From NCBI GenBank assembly GCA_934503195.1, contig CAKSVM010000001.1, forward strand, positions 27,414 to 91,413: DNA of 64,000 nucleotides. Reading direction: 5' to 3'. The notes beneath the pieces were generated by a model. That model worked only from the letters and a program-made list of their open reading frames with translations. It made no database searches and had not been told where the DNA came from. The DNA comes from an uncultured Eubacteriales bacterium. Its GTDB lineage: Bacteria > Bacillota > Clostridia > Oscillospirales > CAG-272. Below, in pieces: positions 9,989 through 19,437 of the stretch. The first letter of the stretch is position 1; each line of letters starts with the position of its first letter. Made by a program: the position numbers and the translations under genes.

Positions 9989-10948
9989 TCACGCGGCAGA
10001 ATCATCCGCTGACTTCTCCCTCTTCCCGAAAAGATATACTTCTTTCCCGTCCGAGATGAATACAATGTCGCCGATCCGGTCTGTGCGGAGAATCCGCTCG
10101 TCCGGAATCCCGTGCGACCTCAGCCGATCCAACAGCTCGCTGTGCGGATGCGAATACGGATTGTCCCGCCCGCAGGAGATCACCGCCCACTCCGGCTTCA
10201 CCGCGTCGAGAAACGCATCGCTCGTCGAAGTGTATGAACCGTGATGACCTGCCTTCAGCACGTCGCACTTAAGCTCCTCCGGCTGAAAAACCGAAAGAAT
10301 CTTTGCCTCCGAACCCGACTCGGCGTCTCCGGTCAGCATAAACGACGTTTCGCCCCACATGACCTTCATGACAATGCTTCCGTCGTTTCCCGAGGTATCC
10401 TCACCCTCATTCGGCGCGAGTACACGGAAGCTTATCTCTCCGACTCCGTATGTGTCGCCCGGAATCGGCTCGATCAGCTTTATTCCCTTCTCGTCAATCA
10501 CTTCAAGCGCACTCTCAAGATATACCGACGTGGAATCCGATCCGCACATCACAACCGTGCCGATCTTGAAATTCTCCAGAATCCGCCGAGCACCGCCGAT
10601 ATGATCGGCGTGCGGGTGCGTCATCACAAAACAGTCGATCTTCTTTATCCCGAAGGACTTCAGATATAACAGAAGCCTGTACTGCGATTCCTCGGTTCCG
10701 GCGTCGACGAGAATCACATTTTCCTTCGTCCGGATAAGCACCGAATCGCCCTGACCGACGTCTATGAAGTGCGCTTCAAGCTCGCCGTCGGAAATCCCCC
10801 GGAACCGCACCCGGACAAGATCCGCGATCCGCCCGTCAAAAATACACGCGGCAAGCGCGAGCGCGGCTAAAACCAGAATCATCCTGAGCGGCTTTTTGAA
10901 GATCCGCCGTAGCACGCGCTTTATGCTTATGAATGCCTTTCCTATCAT
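9989..10948 (-). CDS. MBL-fold metallo-hydrolase, ComEC/Rec2 C-terminal-domain-like, membrane anchored
   Basis: HFIDVGQGDSVLI and MTHPHADHIGG motifs; N-terminal TM helix. Confidence 0.75.
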   Translation of the reverse strand: MIGKAFISIKRVLRRIFKKPLRMILVLAALALAACIFDGRIADLVRVRFRGISDGELEAHFIDVGQGDSVLIRTKENVILVDAGTEESQYRLLLYLKSFGIKKIDCFVMTHPHADHIGGARRILENFKIGTVVMCGSDSTSVYLESALEVIDEKGIKLIEPIPGDTYGVGEISFRVLAPNEGEDTSGNDGSIVMKVMWGETSFMLTGDAESGSEAKILSVFQPEELKCDVLKAGHHGSYTSTSDAFLDAVKPEWAVISCGRDNPYSHPHSELLDRLRSHGIPDERILRTDRIGDIVFISDGKEVYLFGKREKSADDSAA

Positions 10949-10976
10949 ATGCCCCGGAAAACAACAGAATCTTTTC

Positions 10977-13127
10977 TCAGAACTTCATCGTAAGCGAAAT
11001 CCGCTTTTTTTTGAGGTCGACCGCGAGTACCTTGACCTTCACCACGTCTCCGACCGAAAGCACCTCGCTCGGATGCTTTATGAACTTGTTCGAAATCTGC
11101 GAAATGTGTACAAGTCCGTCCTGATGCACGCCGATATCGACAAACGCGCCGAAATCGATGACGTTTCTGACCGTTCCGGTCAGAATCATGTCGGGCTTAA
11201 GATCCTCGATGTCGAGAACGTCGTCGCGAAGCACTACCGGAGGCAGACTGTCGCGCACGTCGCGCCCCGGCTTTTCAAGCTCGCCGATTATGTCGACAAG
11301 CGTCGGCTCGCCGACTTCAAGCTCGGCCGCGAGCTTCTTCATGCCCTCTGACTTGCACTTTCCGCGAAGATCCGAAAGTCCGCCGTGTTTCACGTCGTCC
11401 GGGGTGTAGCCGAATTTCGTGAGCAGCTTCTTCGCCGCCGGATAGCTCTCGGGATGAACTCCGGTCGAGTCGAGAATTTCGTCCGAACCCGATACGCGTA
11501 AAAATCCCGCGCACTGCTCAAACGCCTTCGCGCCGATTCTCGGAACCTTCTTTATCGCCGCGCGCGACCTGAACTCGCCGTTTTCCTCGCGGTACTTTAC
11601 GATATTCTTCGCCGACGTCGCGTTGATTCCTGAGACGTAGGAGAGGAGCGAATACGAAGCCGTGTTGACGTCGACTCCAACGCTGTTGACGCAGTCCTCA
11701 ACGACTCCGCCGAGTGCCTCGTCGAGTCTCGCCGGCTTCATGTCGTGCTGATACTGACCGACGCCGATCGACTTCGGGTCGATCTTGACAAGCTCGGCCA
11801 GCGGATCCTGAAGCCTTCTGGCGATCGAGACCGCGCTTCTCTGCATGACGTCGAAATCCGGGAATTCCTCTGCCGCGAGCTTTGACGCCGAATAGACCGA
11901 CGCGCCCGCCTCGCTGACGACCGCGTACTTGACGTCCTCCTCAATCTCGCCGAGAAGTCCGGCGATGAAGATCTCGCTCTCCTTCGAGGCCGTTCCGTTT
12001 CCGATCGCGATGACGCCGACCTTGTAGTCGCGGATCAGGCGTTTTATCACGCGCTTTGCCTCTTCGGTGCGCGACTGCGGCTTCATCGGGTAGATAACCG
12101 CCGTGTCGAGAACCTTTCCGGTCTTGTCGACAACCGCGAGCTTGCACCCATGCGCGTAGCCGGGATCGTAGCCGAGCGCGGTCTTGCCTTTGAGCGGCGG
12201 CTGCATCAGAAGATGCTTTAAGTTGTCCTCAAAGACCTTTATCGCGCCCTCGCAGGCCTCGTCGAAGGCCGCGGATCTTATTTCGCGCTCAACGCTCGGC
12301 GCGATGAGTCTCTCGTAGCTGTCGACAATCGCCGACTGAATATACTTCTTCGCCGGGCTGTTCTGCTCCTTCACGACCTCGGCGAAGAGCCAGTTTAATA
12401 TGATATCCTCGGGCATATCGAGCGAGACCTTGAGAAATTCCTCCTTCTCACCGCGGTTTATCGCGAGAATCCGGTGTCCGGGAAGCTTCGAGAGCTTCTC
12501 GTGGAAATCGTAGTAGAGCGAATAGACCGAATCCTCGTCCTTCGCCTGCTTTGTGACTATTTCGCCGTATTCGCTCGTCAGCGCGCGGATGCGCTTGCGG
12601 TACTCGGCGTTGTCCGAAATGTCCTCGGCGATTATGTCACAGGCTCCGGCAAAGGCGTCTTCGACAGTCTCGACTCCCTTTTCGGGATTCACGAGCGATT
12701 CCGCGATCTCCTTCAGAGTCGGCTTGTAGATTTTAAGCTGCTTTGAGATCGCCTCGGCGAGCGGTTCGAGTCCGCGTTCGCGCGCGACCGACGCGCGTGT
12801 ACGGCGTTTCGGTCTGAACGGGCGGTAGATATCCTCAATCTCGGTCAGAATCTTTGCGTTGTCGAGCGCGAGACTTATCTCTGGCGTCAGCTTTTCCTGC
12901 TCGGAGATGAGCCGTCTGACCTCCTCGCGTCTCTCGTCGAGCGAGCGGAGGTAGTTGAGCCTTTCGGAAAGATTACGAAGCTGCTCGTCGTCGAGCGAAC
13001 CCGTGACTTCCTTTCTGTATCGCGCGATGAAGGGGATCGTGCTTCCCTCGTCGAGAAGCGCGACGGTAGCCTCGACCTGCGGTTCCTTCAGTCCGAGTTC
13101 GGCGGCGAGTGTTTTTATAATATCCAT
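10977..13127 (-). CDS. tex: Tex-like RNA-binding transcription accessory protein (YqgF/HhH/S1 domains)
   Basis: 716 aa; N-terminus LGLKEPQVEATVALLDEGSTIPFIARYRKE and a C-terminal S1 domain (GTVRNVIDFGAFVDIGVHQDGLVHISQ). Confidence 0.9.
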   Translation of the reverse strand: MDIIKTLAAELGLKEPQVEATVALLDEGSTIPFIARYRKEVTGSLDDEQLRNLSERLNYLRSLDERREEVRRLISEQEKLTPEISLALDNAKILTEIEDIYRPFRPKRRTRASVARERGLEPLAEAISKQLKIYKPTLKEIAESLVNPEKGVETVEDAFAGACDIIAEDISDNAEYRKRIRALTSEYGEIVTKQAKDEDSVYSLYYDFHEKLSKLPGHRILAINRGEKEEFLKVSLDMPEDIILNWLFAEVVKEQNSPAKKYIQSAIVDSYERLIAPSVEREIRSAAFDEACEGAIKVFEDNLKHLLMQPPLKGKTALGYDPGYAHGCKLAVVDKTGKVLDTAVIYPMKPQSRTEEAKRVIKRLIRDYKVGVIAIGNGTASKESEIFIAGLLGEIEEDVKYAVVSEAGASVYSASKLAAEEFPDFDVMQRSAVSIARRLQDPLAELVKIDPKSIGVGQYQHDMKPARLDEALGGVVEDCVNSVGVDVNTASYSLLSYVSGINATSAKNIVKYREENGEFRSRAAIKKVPRIGAKAFEQCAGFLRVSGSDEILDSTGVHPESYPAAKKLLTKFGYTPDDVKHGGLSDLRGKCKSEGMKKLAAELEVGEPTLVDIIGELEKPGRDVRDSLPPVVLRDDVLDIEDLKPDMILTGTVRNVIDFGAFVDIGVHQDGLVHISQISNKFIKHPSEVLSVGDVVKVKVLAVDLKKKRISLTMKF

Positions 13128-13146
13128 TTTATGTATTTCCTTTCAT

Positions 13147-13845
13147 TCAGTGACTTTTCAGGGCTTCTTCCTCATCCTTTGTAAGCTCGCGCCACTTGCC
13201 GCGCGAGAGCGTGCGGTCGAGCGGGATCCCGGCGAACTCAATCCGTTCGAGGTAAGTGATCTTGTTGCAGACGGCTTCGAGCATCCGCTTTATCTGGTGG
13301 AATTTTCCCTCGGTGATCGTGATCTCGCCCGAACGGCTGTCCGAAAGGACGACCTTCGCGGGCTTCGTGAGCTCGCCGTCAAGGTTTATCCCGCGTTCAA
13401 GACGAAGCCGATCCTCCTCGGTGATATCACGTTCGGAGCGGAAGAAATAGGTCTTCGCGACGTGATTCTTCGGCGAGAGAATCCGGTGGCAGAGCCCGCC
13501 GTCGTTTGTGAGAATCAGAAGTCCGGTCGTGTTCTTGTCAAGCCGCCCGGCCGGAAAAAGCCCGAGCTTTCTTAAGCGGTCGTCAAGAAGCTCAAGAACC
13601 GTCTTCTCGCGCGGATCGTCGGTCGCCGAGATGTAGCCCTCGGGCTTGTTCAGCATTATGTAGGTGAATTTTTTATAAAAAACCGGCTCGCCGGAATAGG
13701 TGACCGAATTCTTTTCGGGATCGATGTGAATATCGGCGCGCTTCACGGTGACGCCGTCGACCGCGATTTTTCCGGCTCTGGCGGCCTTTGAGGCCTCGGA
13801 GCGGCTGCATACCGCCGCCTCCGAGAGAAATTTATCAAGTCTCAT
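13147..13845 (-). CDS. pseudouridine synthase, RsuA/RluB family (S4 domain + catalytic domain)
   Basis: MRLDKFLSE S4 N-terminus; GRLDKNTTGLLILTNDG catalytic Asp motif. Confidence 0.85.
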   Translation of the reverse strand: MRLDKFLSEAAVCSRSEASKAARAGKIAVDGVTVKRADIHIDPEKNSVTYSGEPVFYKKFTYIMLNKPEGYISATDDPREKTVLELLDDRLRKLGLFPAGRLDKNTTGLLILTNDGGLCHRILSPKNHVAKTYFFRSERDITEEDRLRLERGINLDGELTKPAKVVLSDSRSGEITITEGKFHQIKRMLEAVCNKITYLERIEFAGIPLDRTLSRGKWRELTKDEEEALKSH

Positions 13846-14333
13846 ATGAATAAATCTGTTATCGCGCGGACGACGAAAATCGCCGCGGTTCCGAAGATCG
13901 CAAAGCCGATTCCCATCCCTAGGAGAAAATCCCGCAGGAAGGAATTCTTCGCGCGTTTTTTCGCGGTGGGGCGTGGTTTCGGCCGGGAATTACCCTGCGC
14001 CGCGATTTGAGTCCGGGGGCGCGGCTGATAGTTGCCGCCGCTGCTGACCGGACGGAGAGTGTCGACTCTGACGCCTTGGTTCGGCCTTACGTTATTCGCG
14101 TTCGGATAAGCCCCGCGAGTCGGCCTTACGCTCGCTCCGTTAATGTCATTTCTCATATTCACCCGCGGACGCTGTGAGTCCGCCGCCTGACGCGCGGGTC
14201 GGTACGCACTCTGATCGGGACGTCTGCTTACGGAACCATTTACGTAATTCTGCCCCGACACCTTCCGTGCGTCCGGCATTCTTCCGGGGATATTCGAATA
14301 TTCGGCTTTGAAGTTTCTTCCGTTCCGGTTCAC
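13842..14333 (-). CDS. hypothetical tail-anchored protein with R/N/P/Q-rich disordered N-terminus
   Basis: 163-aa ORF; single C-terminal TM (LLGMGIGFAIFGTAAIFVV); 4-nt ATGA overlap with the downstream pseudouridine synthase gene. Confidence 0.5.
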   Translation of the reverse strand: MNRNGRNFKAEYSNIPGRMPDARKVSGQNYVNGSVSRRPDQSAYRPARQAADSQRPRVNMRNDINGASVRPTRGAYPNANNVRPNQGVRVDTLRPVSSGGNYQPRPRTQIAAQGNSRPKPRPTAKKRAKNSFLRDFLLGMGIGFAIFGTAAIFVVRAITDLFI

Positions 14334-14497
14334 ACGCTCACCTCTCCTCGGGTAAATTATTCCCTGCTTACTATTATTTTATCACAAATCGCGCGAAAAG
14401 TAAAGCGTATTGCGGAATTTTTTTGTTCTTTACATAAAAGTCCCTCTGTGAGGAGAAAATATCGTGAAAAATCCCGGAAAAAATTTGCCGCACCCTC

Positions 14498-14526
14498 TTG
14501 CAATTTTTGAAAAAATGTGGTATAAT
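14498..14526 (+). promoter_or_regulatory. sigma-A promoter of rplS (TTGCAA -17- TGgTATAAT)
   Basis: Consensus-like -35 and extended -10; leaves a leader of about 105 nt before rplS. Confidence 0.7.
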
Positions 14527-14635
14527 ATATTTGTTATGCGAAGCTGAGGCTGTCGCGTGACGGAAGCATTCCTCTGCTAAGCTCGGCACGAATACTTTCA
14601 TCGATTGAATAAAATAATTCAAGGAGGAAGCCAGA

Positions 14636-14977
14636 ATGGATTTAATCAAGGCTTTAACAAATGAGCAGCTCAAGGAAAATGTCCCGGTGATCAATGTCGG
14701 TGACACCGTCCGTGTTCACAACAAGATCAAAGAGGGTTCGCGTGAGCGTATTCAGATCTTCGAGGGAACCGTTATCGCAAAGAATGGCGGCGGCATCTCC
14801 GAGACCTTCACTGTCAGACGCGTTTCGTACGGTGTCGGCGTCGAGAAGACCTTCCCGGTACATTCCCCGAACGTTGACAAGGTCGAGATCATAAGAGTCG
14901 GTAAGGTAAGACGCGCAAAGCTCTACTACCTTCGCGACAGAGTCGGCAAAAGCTCCAAGGTCAAGGAGCAGCTCTGA
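14636..14977 (+). CDS. rplS: 50S ribosomal protein L19
   Basis: 113 aa; [28 protein letters not shown]...RRAKLYYLR is canonical L19; AAGGAGG RBS. Confidence 0.97.
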   Translation: MDLIKALTNEQLKENVPVINVGDTVRVHNKIKEGSRERIQIFEGTVIAKNGGGISETFTVRRVSYGVGVEKTFPVHSPNVDKVEIIRVGKVRRAKLYYLRDRVGKSSKVKEQL

Positions 14978-15013
14978 GTTTTTACAAAAGAGCGTTATCA
15001 CACTATACGAATC

Positions 15014-15040
15014 TCTCTCCGGCATCCCCGGAGAGATTTT
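15014..15040 (+). terminator. intrinsic terminator after rplS
   Basis: 9-bp stem TCTCTCCGG/CCGGAGAGA followed by TTTTCGTTTT. Confidence 0.75.
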
Positions 15041-15065
15041 TCGTTTTATCTCAAAAATAAGAATA

Positions 15066-15102
15066 TTAAAAACCCCATCGCCCGCCATATCGGGCGATGG
15101 GG
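15066..15102 (-). terminator. intrinsic terminator after 15143..15778
   Basis: 12-bp stem CCCCATCGCCCG/CGGGCGATGGGG; T-run on the minus strand. Confidence 0.8.
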
Positions 15103-15142
15103 CTTTCATGTCAGATTTTTTACTTTACTTTCCTGAAAAGAA

Positions 15143-15778
15143 TCAGTGAGCGCGCTTCTTAGCGACAACGATAGCGGCGGAAGCCGATACGGCGAGAGCG
15201 ACAACCGCGACAACCGCGGTGTCAGCGGTCTTCGGAGCGTCGGTAACAGCGGGCTTGGAAGCCTCAGCAGCCTTGGTGAAGTATGCGGACCAGCCGTATA
15301 CGTCGCAGCTCTTCAGGTTGGAATCGTCAAATCCGGTCGGGCAGAAGAAGTAGAAGCTGTGAGTGCCGGCGGTGAGCTCCTCGGTAACGATCGCGAAACG
15401 ATGATCCGCGCTCTGGTCGAGGTCGAGGAGAACGCGCTTGGAAGCGTCGGTCGAATCGATAGCGTAGTCAAGTCCGCGATCCTTGTCAGGGCGTGCGACG
15501 TACTCGATCACGAATGTGTAAGTACCAGCCTTTTCAGCGTTGAACTCGTAACGGACCCAGCAGTTAGCCTTCGGGCAGAAGGATGTGCCGGTGTCAGCGA
15601 GATTGACAACCGAGCCGTTCGACTCGGTGATGTCCTTCTTGGATGCGCCCTTCTTGACGACGAGAGTTCCGACGTCAGTGGGTTCCTTGTCAGAGTACGA
15701 AGCCGCGGCGGATACGCCGAGAGCTGCCATGGAAACGAGCATTACCATGCAGAGGATGAATGCGAGTGTTCTTTTCAT
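15143..15778 (-). CDS. secreted beta-sandwich (CBM-like) protein with a C-terminal hydrophobic anchor
   Basis: Signal peptide MKRTLAFILCMVMLVSMAALGVSAAA; C-terminus APKTAD + hydrophobic stretch + KKRAH resembles a tripartite sorting signal. Confidence 0.6.
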   Translation of the reverse strand: MKRTLAFILCMVMLVSMAALGVSAAASYSDKEPTDVGTLVVKKGASKKDITESNGSVVNLADTGTSFCPKANCWVRYEFNAEKAGTYTFVIEYVARPDKDRGLDYAIDSTDASKRVLLDLDQSADHRFAIVTEELTAGTHSFYFFCPTGFDDSNLKSCDVYGWSAYFTKAAEASKPAVTDAPKTADTAVVAVVALAVSASAAIVVAKKRAH

Positions 15779-16064
15779 TTCTTAATAACTCCTTAAATGA
15801 TATTATTTCGCCGCGCACCGAAGATATGGCTTCATGTGTGCAACTATTACAGAACTGTTTGTCCTGCCATGACAATATTATACACCCTTTTCCCGGTTTT
15901 GTCAAGAGGTTTTTACAATCTCATCTCAGAAATTATATAAACCGAGATAAAAAATTTTGCGATATCCGCAAGATATTTTTCAAAAACCGATTGATTTTTG
16001 CCGAAAAATGTGATATGATATATAGTGAAGAGGAATCCATAACGACGCTTACGGAGAATTTATC

Positions 16065-18596
16065 ATGGAAAACAACAAAAAAATACGGATAATCCGCTTT
16101 TTCGTCCTGCTTTTCACCCTGACGGTGATCGCCGCGGCCGCGATGATTCCGGCCGCCGCCGCGAAGCCCGCGACAAGCGAAATAACTTCGATAGCCCTCA
16201 ATAAAAAAGGCACAGATATCACAATAAACATAAGTCTTGAAAAAAGCTATGTCGGTGAGCATAAGAACGAGACGCTCTATGTTTTTGAGCTTTCGCCGTG
16301 GCAGTCGACTTCCGAGCTTTCGACGCTCGAACCCATCGCCACCGTAAAGGCAGCCGAGACGATGAAGGTCACGCTCCCGTATATAAACGGCAACGCGAAC
16401 CGGCTCTACTCTAAGTTCCTCATCGCCGAAAAGTCGGCCGACGGCTCGTATGTCATCGTCACCAGCGCGAAGTATATCGAAAATCTCACAAAGCTCGCCG
16501 AGAACATCGAGCCGTATCCGACGACAAAAAGTAAAAAGGGTCTTCAGGCTCAGATGATCCCCGACCTTCAGCTCCTCGGCGTTCGCCACGCGCTCGTCAC
16601 CGTCGCGATAAACGACTACCTCGTCGGCGAGAATACCGACGGAACCGCGTCCTTCGTCTACAACGGACAGACCTATTACGTCAACCGTGCGAAGCTCGAA
16701 AATCTCGACTACAAGATCAAATCGCTCACCGACTCCGGGATGAATGTCTACATGAACTTCATCCTCTCAAAGCCCTCTGACAACGCCTCTTCGGTCGTGA
16801 AGAGCTTATATTACGACGGGATCTCGGACAACGCGCAGTCCTTCGCGCTCAATACCCGGAACGAGACCGCGATGAAGAATTTTCAGGCCTTTATGGATTA
16901 CATGGCGTCGCACTACACCCGCGCCGATCATGCCTACGGATTCGTTCCGAACTTCATCCTCGGCTTTGAGATAAATTCCGGCCGCAACTGGCACAACGCC
17001 GGAGCCTCGTCGCTCCAGTCGAGCGTTTACGCATATCACACGGCGTTCAGAGTCGCCTATGCGGCGATGAGTTCGCATTACTCCGAAGGGCGGGTCTTCA
17101 TCTCGCTCGGAAACAACTTCAACTCGGCGTCGGCCGCGCCCGGCGGAGAGGTCGACCCGGCGTTCGACTGGTCGTCAAAGGAATATCTCGACTTCTTCGC
17201 GTCGGTCGTGCGGAATTCCGGCGACATTCCGTGGGGACTCTCGATAAATCCTTATCCGTCCGACAAGTCGCTCACCGAGTTCTGGAGCGACGACTACGCG
17301 ACTACCTCCGACACAACGCCCTTCATCACGATGAAGAACATCGGCGTCCTCACTGATTATATGCACTCAGACACGATGACTTACAACGGCGGGGTCAGAA
17401 ATATCATAATCGGCGAGTTCGGCGTGAACGGCGATCCCGCAAGCAACGACTCGCAGTCAATGCAGGCGGCGGCCTTCGCGCTGGCCTACTACGCGGCCGC
17501 CCAGAACGATGACATCGACGCTTTCATCTGGCACAGACACGTCGACCACTCGGGCGAGGGCTTCCACTACGGACTCTGGTCGGCCGAGAGCGGAAACGTG
17601 CAGTTCCCGCTGGCGAAAAAGACGATCTATCAGGTCTTCGAGCGGATCGACACCGAAAAGAGCGCAGACGTCACCTCGTTCGTCAAGACGCTTGTCGGAA
17701 GCGGGGCGTTCAGTCTCTTCATGCCCGACAACGTGAAATATGACATATTCAACGTCCGCACCGTGATCGACGCGATCCGCGCCGACGAGAGCGAGTTTGC
17801 CAAGGGCTTCGGCGACCGTACGCTCTTCGATCTCACTCAGGGCAGCATCTGCAAATTCTTCCCGACCGATAACTTCAAGTACGTCGACCTGAGTCCGTTC
17901 GGCGACGGACAGACGACGATGCTCCACGCGAAATCTACCGGAATCCCGACCGAATACGCAGGAATCGGAACCGTGATATCCGAAGCCAGTGCGCTTAAGG
18001 ACGCGCAGTTCATAACGCTCGGAATGATGGTCGAGGCTCCGGCAGACGTCGCCGGGGTGAACGTGATGCTTCGGCTCGAAAAGAGCGGCGATTCTGAGAC
18101 GAACGCGGTCGTCTTCGACGGAGAGGTTCTCGTGAAGCCGAACGAGCTTCAGGAGATCAGCTTCAAGATAAAGGATTTCGTCGCGAAGACCGGAGGTGAG
18201 GTCGACACGCTCAAGCTCTGGATAAAGACTCCCGACTCGGAATCGCCCGACGGCGACTACGGAATCTGGTTAAGAGACGTCGTCCTCAGAACGAAGGCGA
18301 GCGTTTCGGTGATCGGAATCATCGTGAAAACACTTGTGATCCTGATCGTACTCGCGGTGGCGGGATACGTGGTTCTCTACATCCGCGCGCAGAGGATCCG
18401 CCGCAGAAGACGCGCCGAGCGTGAACGCCGTATGCGCGAACAGCTCCGCGCGCAGGCGATGCGCCAGAACCGCGGAATGAATCCGCCGCCCTATTCGAAC
18501 CCCGCGCAAGGGCAGAATGGTCAGTGGAATCAGAATAACCAGTGGAGCGGTCAGAACCAGAATCAGAACGATCAGTGGAACAATTACGGAAGATGA
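16065..18596 (+). CDS. large secreted, membrane-anchored protein with a putative glycoside-hydrolase-like TIM-barrel region and a Q/N/W-rich tail
   Basis: Signal peptide; 843 aa; C-terminal TM (IIVKTLVILIVLAVAGYVVLY), then an Arg-rich stretch and the QWNQNNQWSGQNQNQNDQWNNYGR tail. Confidence 0.6.
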   Translation: MENNKKIRIIRFFVLLFTLTVIAAAAMIPAAAAKPATSEITSIALNKKGTDITINISLEKSYVGEHKNETLYVFELSPWQSTSELSTLEPIATVKAAETMKVTLPYINGNANRLYSKFLIAEKSADGSYVIVTSAKYIENLTKLAENIEPYPTTKSKKGLQAQMIPDLQLLGVRHALVTVAINDYLVGENTDGTASFVYNGQTYYVNRAKLENLDYKIKSLTDSGMNVYMNFILSKPSDNASSVVKSLYYDGISDNAQSFALNTRNETAMKNFQAFMDYMASHYTRADHAYGFVPNFILGFEINSGRNWHNAGASSLQSSVYAYHTAFRVAYAAMSSHYSEGRVFISLGNNFNSASAAPGGEVDPAFDWSSKEYLDFFASVVRNSGDIPWGLSINPYPSDKSLTEFWSDDYATTSDTTPFITMKNIGVLTDYMHSDTMTYNGGVRNIIIGEFGVNGDPASNDSQSMQAAAFALAYYAAAQNDDIDAFIWHRHVDHSGEGFHYGLWSAESGNVQFPLAKKTIYQVFERIDTEKSADVTSFVKTLVGSGAFSLFMPDNVKYDIFNVRTVIDAIRADESEFAKGFGDRTLFDLTQGSICKFFPTDNFKYVDLSPFGDGQTTMLHAKSTGIPTEYAGIGTVISEASALKDAQFITLGMMVEAPADVAGVNVMLRLEKSGDSETNAVVFDGEVLVKPNELQEISFKIKDFVAKTGGEVDTLKLWIKTPDSESPDGDYGIWLRDVVLRTKASVSVIGIIVKTLVILIVLAVAGYVVLYIRAQRIRRRRRAERERRMREQLRAQAMRQNRGMNPPPYSNPAQGQNGQWNQNNQWSGQNQNQNDQWNNYGR

Positions 18597-18608
18597 TCAC
18601 AGAAAGAA

Positions 18609-18642
18609 GCCTTGGCGGAAACTCCGCCAAGGCCCGCTTTTT
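18609..18642 (+). terminator. intrinsic terminator
   Basis: 11-bp stem GCCTTGGCGGA/TCCGCCAAGGC followed by a T-run. Confidence 0.7.
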
Positions 18643-18757
18643 ATAGAAAAATGAAAACGCCGAACCGCGTTAAGGCGATCCGGCGATACCACAGAAATTC
18701 AATGAAAATGTATAGGCTGTCCGCGGGAGAGCGGCAGTCTTTTTCATCAGATCTGTT

Positions 18758-19096
18758 TTATTCGGCGTCGGGAGTTACGTTTTCGGTGAAGCCTTCGGCA
18801 TCCTTTTCGACAGCCTCGGCCGCGGCCTCAGCCTCCGCCTCGGCGAGAGCCTTGTTGTAGGCGTCGATGACAGCTTCCTCAAGAACGCTTCTGAACGGTG
18901 CGTTTATAGGATGAACTATATCGCGATATGTGCCGTCGGGATTCTTGCGGCTGGGCATGACGATGAAAAATTTGTCGCGAGCGTTGATGACCTTGATGTC
19001 ATGAACGGCAAGCTGACCGTCGAAGGTTACGGAGACGATGGCTTTCATTGGTCCCTCGTCGAAAAGCTTTCTTACTTTGATATCGGATATAACCAT
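18758..19096 (-). CDS. spoVG: septation protein SpoVG
   Basis: ISDIKVRKLFDEGPMKAIVSVTFDGQLAVHDIKVI...FIVMPSRK...DIVHPI is canonical SpoVG; acidic/Ala-rich C-terminal extension. Confidence 0.9.
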   Translation of the reverse strand: MVISDIKVRKLFDEGPMKAIVSVTFDGQLAVHDIKVINARDKFFIVMPSRKNPDGTYRDIVHPINAPFRSVLEEAVIDAYNKALAEAEAEAAAEAVEKDAEGFTENVTPDAE

Positions 19097-19369
19097 TTTT
19101 ATACCTCCAAGTATGACAATGACTTTCAGGCATCCGCGCCTTCCCTGCGTCCTACGCGAAGCGCGGCATTTTTATGCCTGTATGATGCGGTAGGTTCAGA
19201 AGCACTTCCCCGCTTCATCACCTACCAATATTATACACTGAATTTATGAAAAATAAATCCGTTTTTTTTGAAATTTGTTCGGCGTCAAGGAAAGAATTTC
19301 TTTAACGGAACAAGAGCAGAATTTGAATGACCGTGATAAATGTCGAAAATGTTTTTTTCGGACAGGGGC

Positions 19370-19398
19370 TTGAATATCGCGCAGGTCTGTGGTATAAT
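19370..19398 (+). promoter_or_regulatory. sigma-A promoter of murC (TTGAAT -17- TGgTATAAT)
   Basis: Hexamers at 19370-19375 and 19393-19398. Confidence 0.65.
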
Positions 19399-19437
19399 AT
19401 AATGTAATATTAAGGCAACGCCCATCGGAGGAAAATC

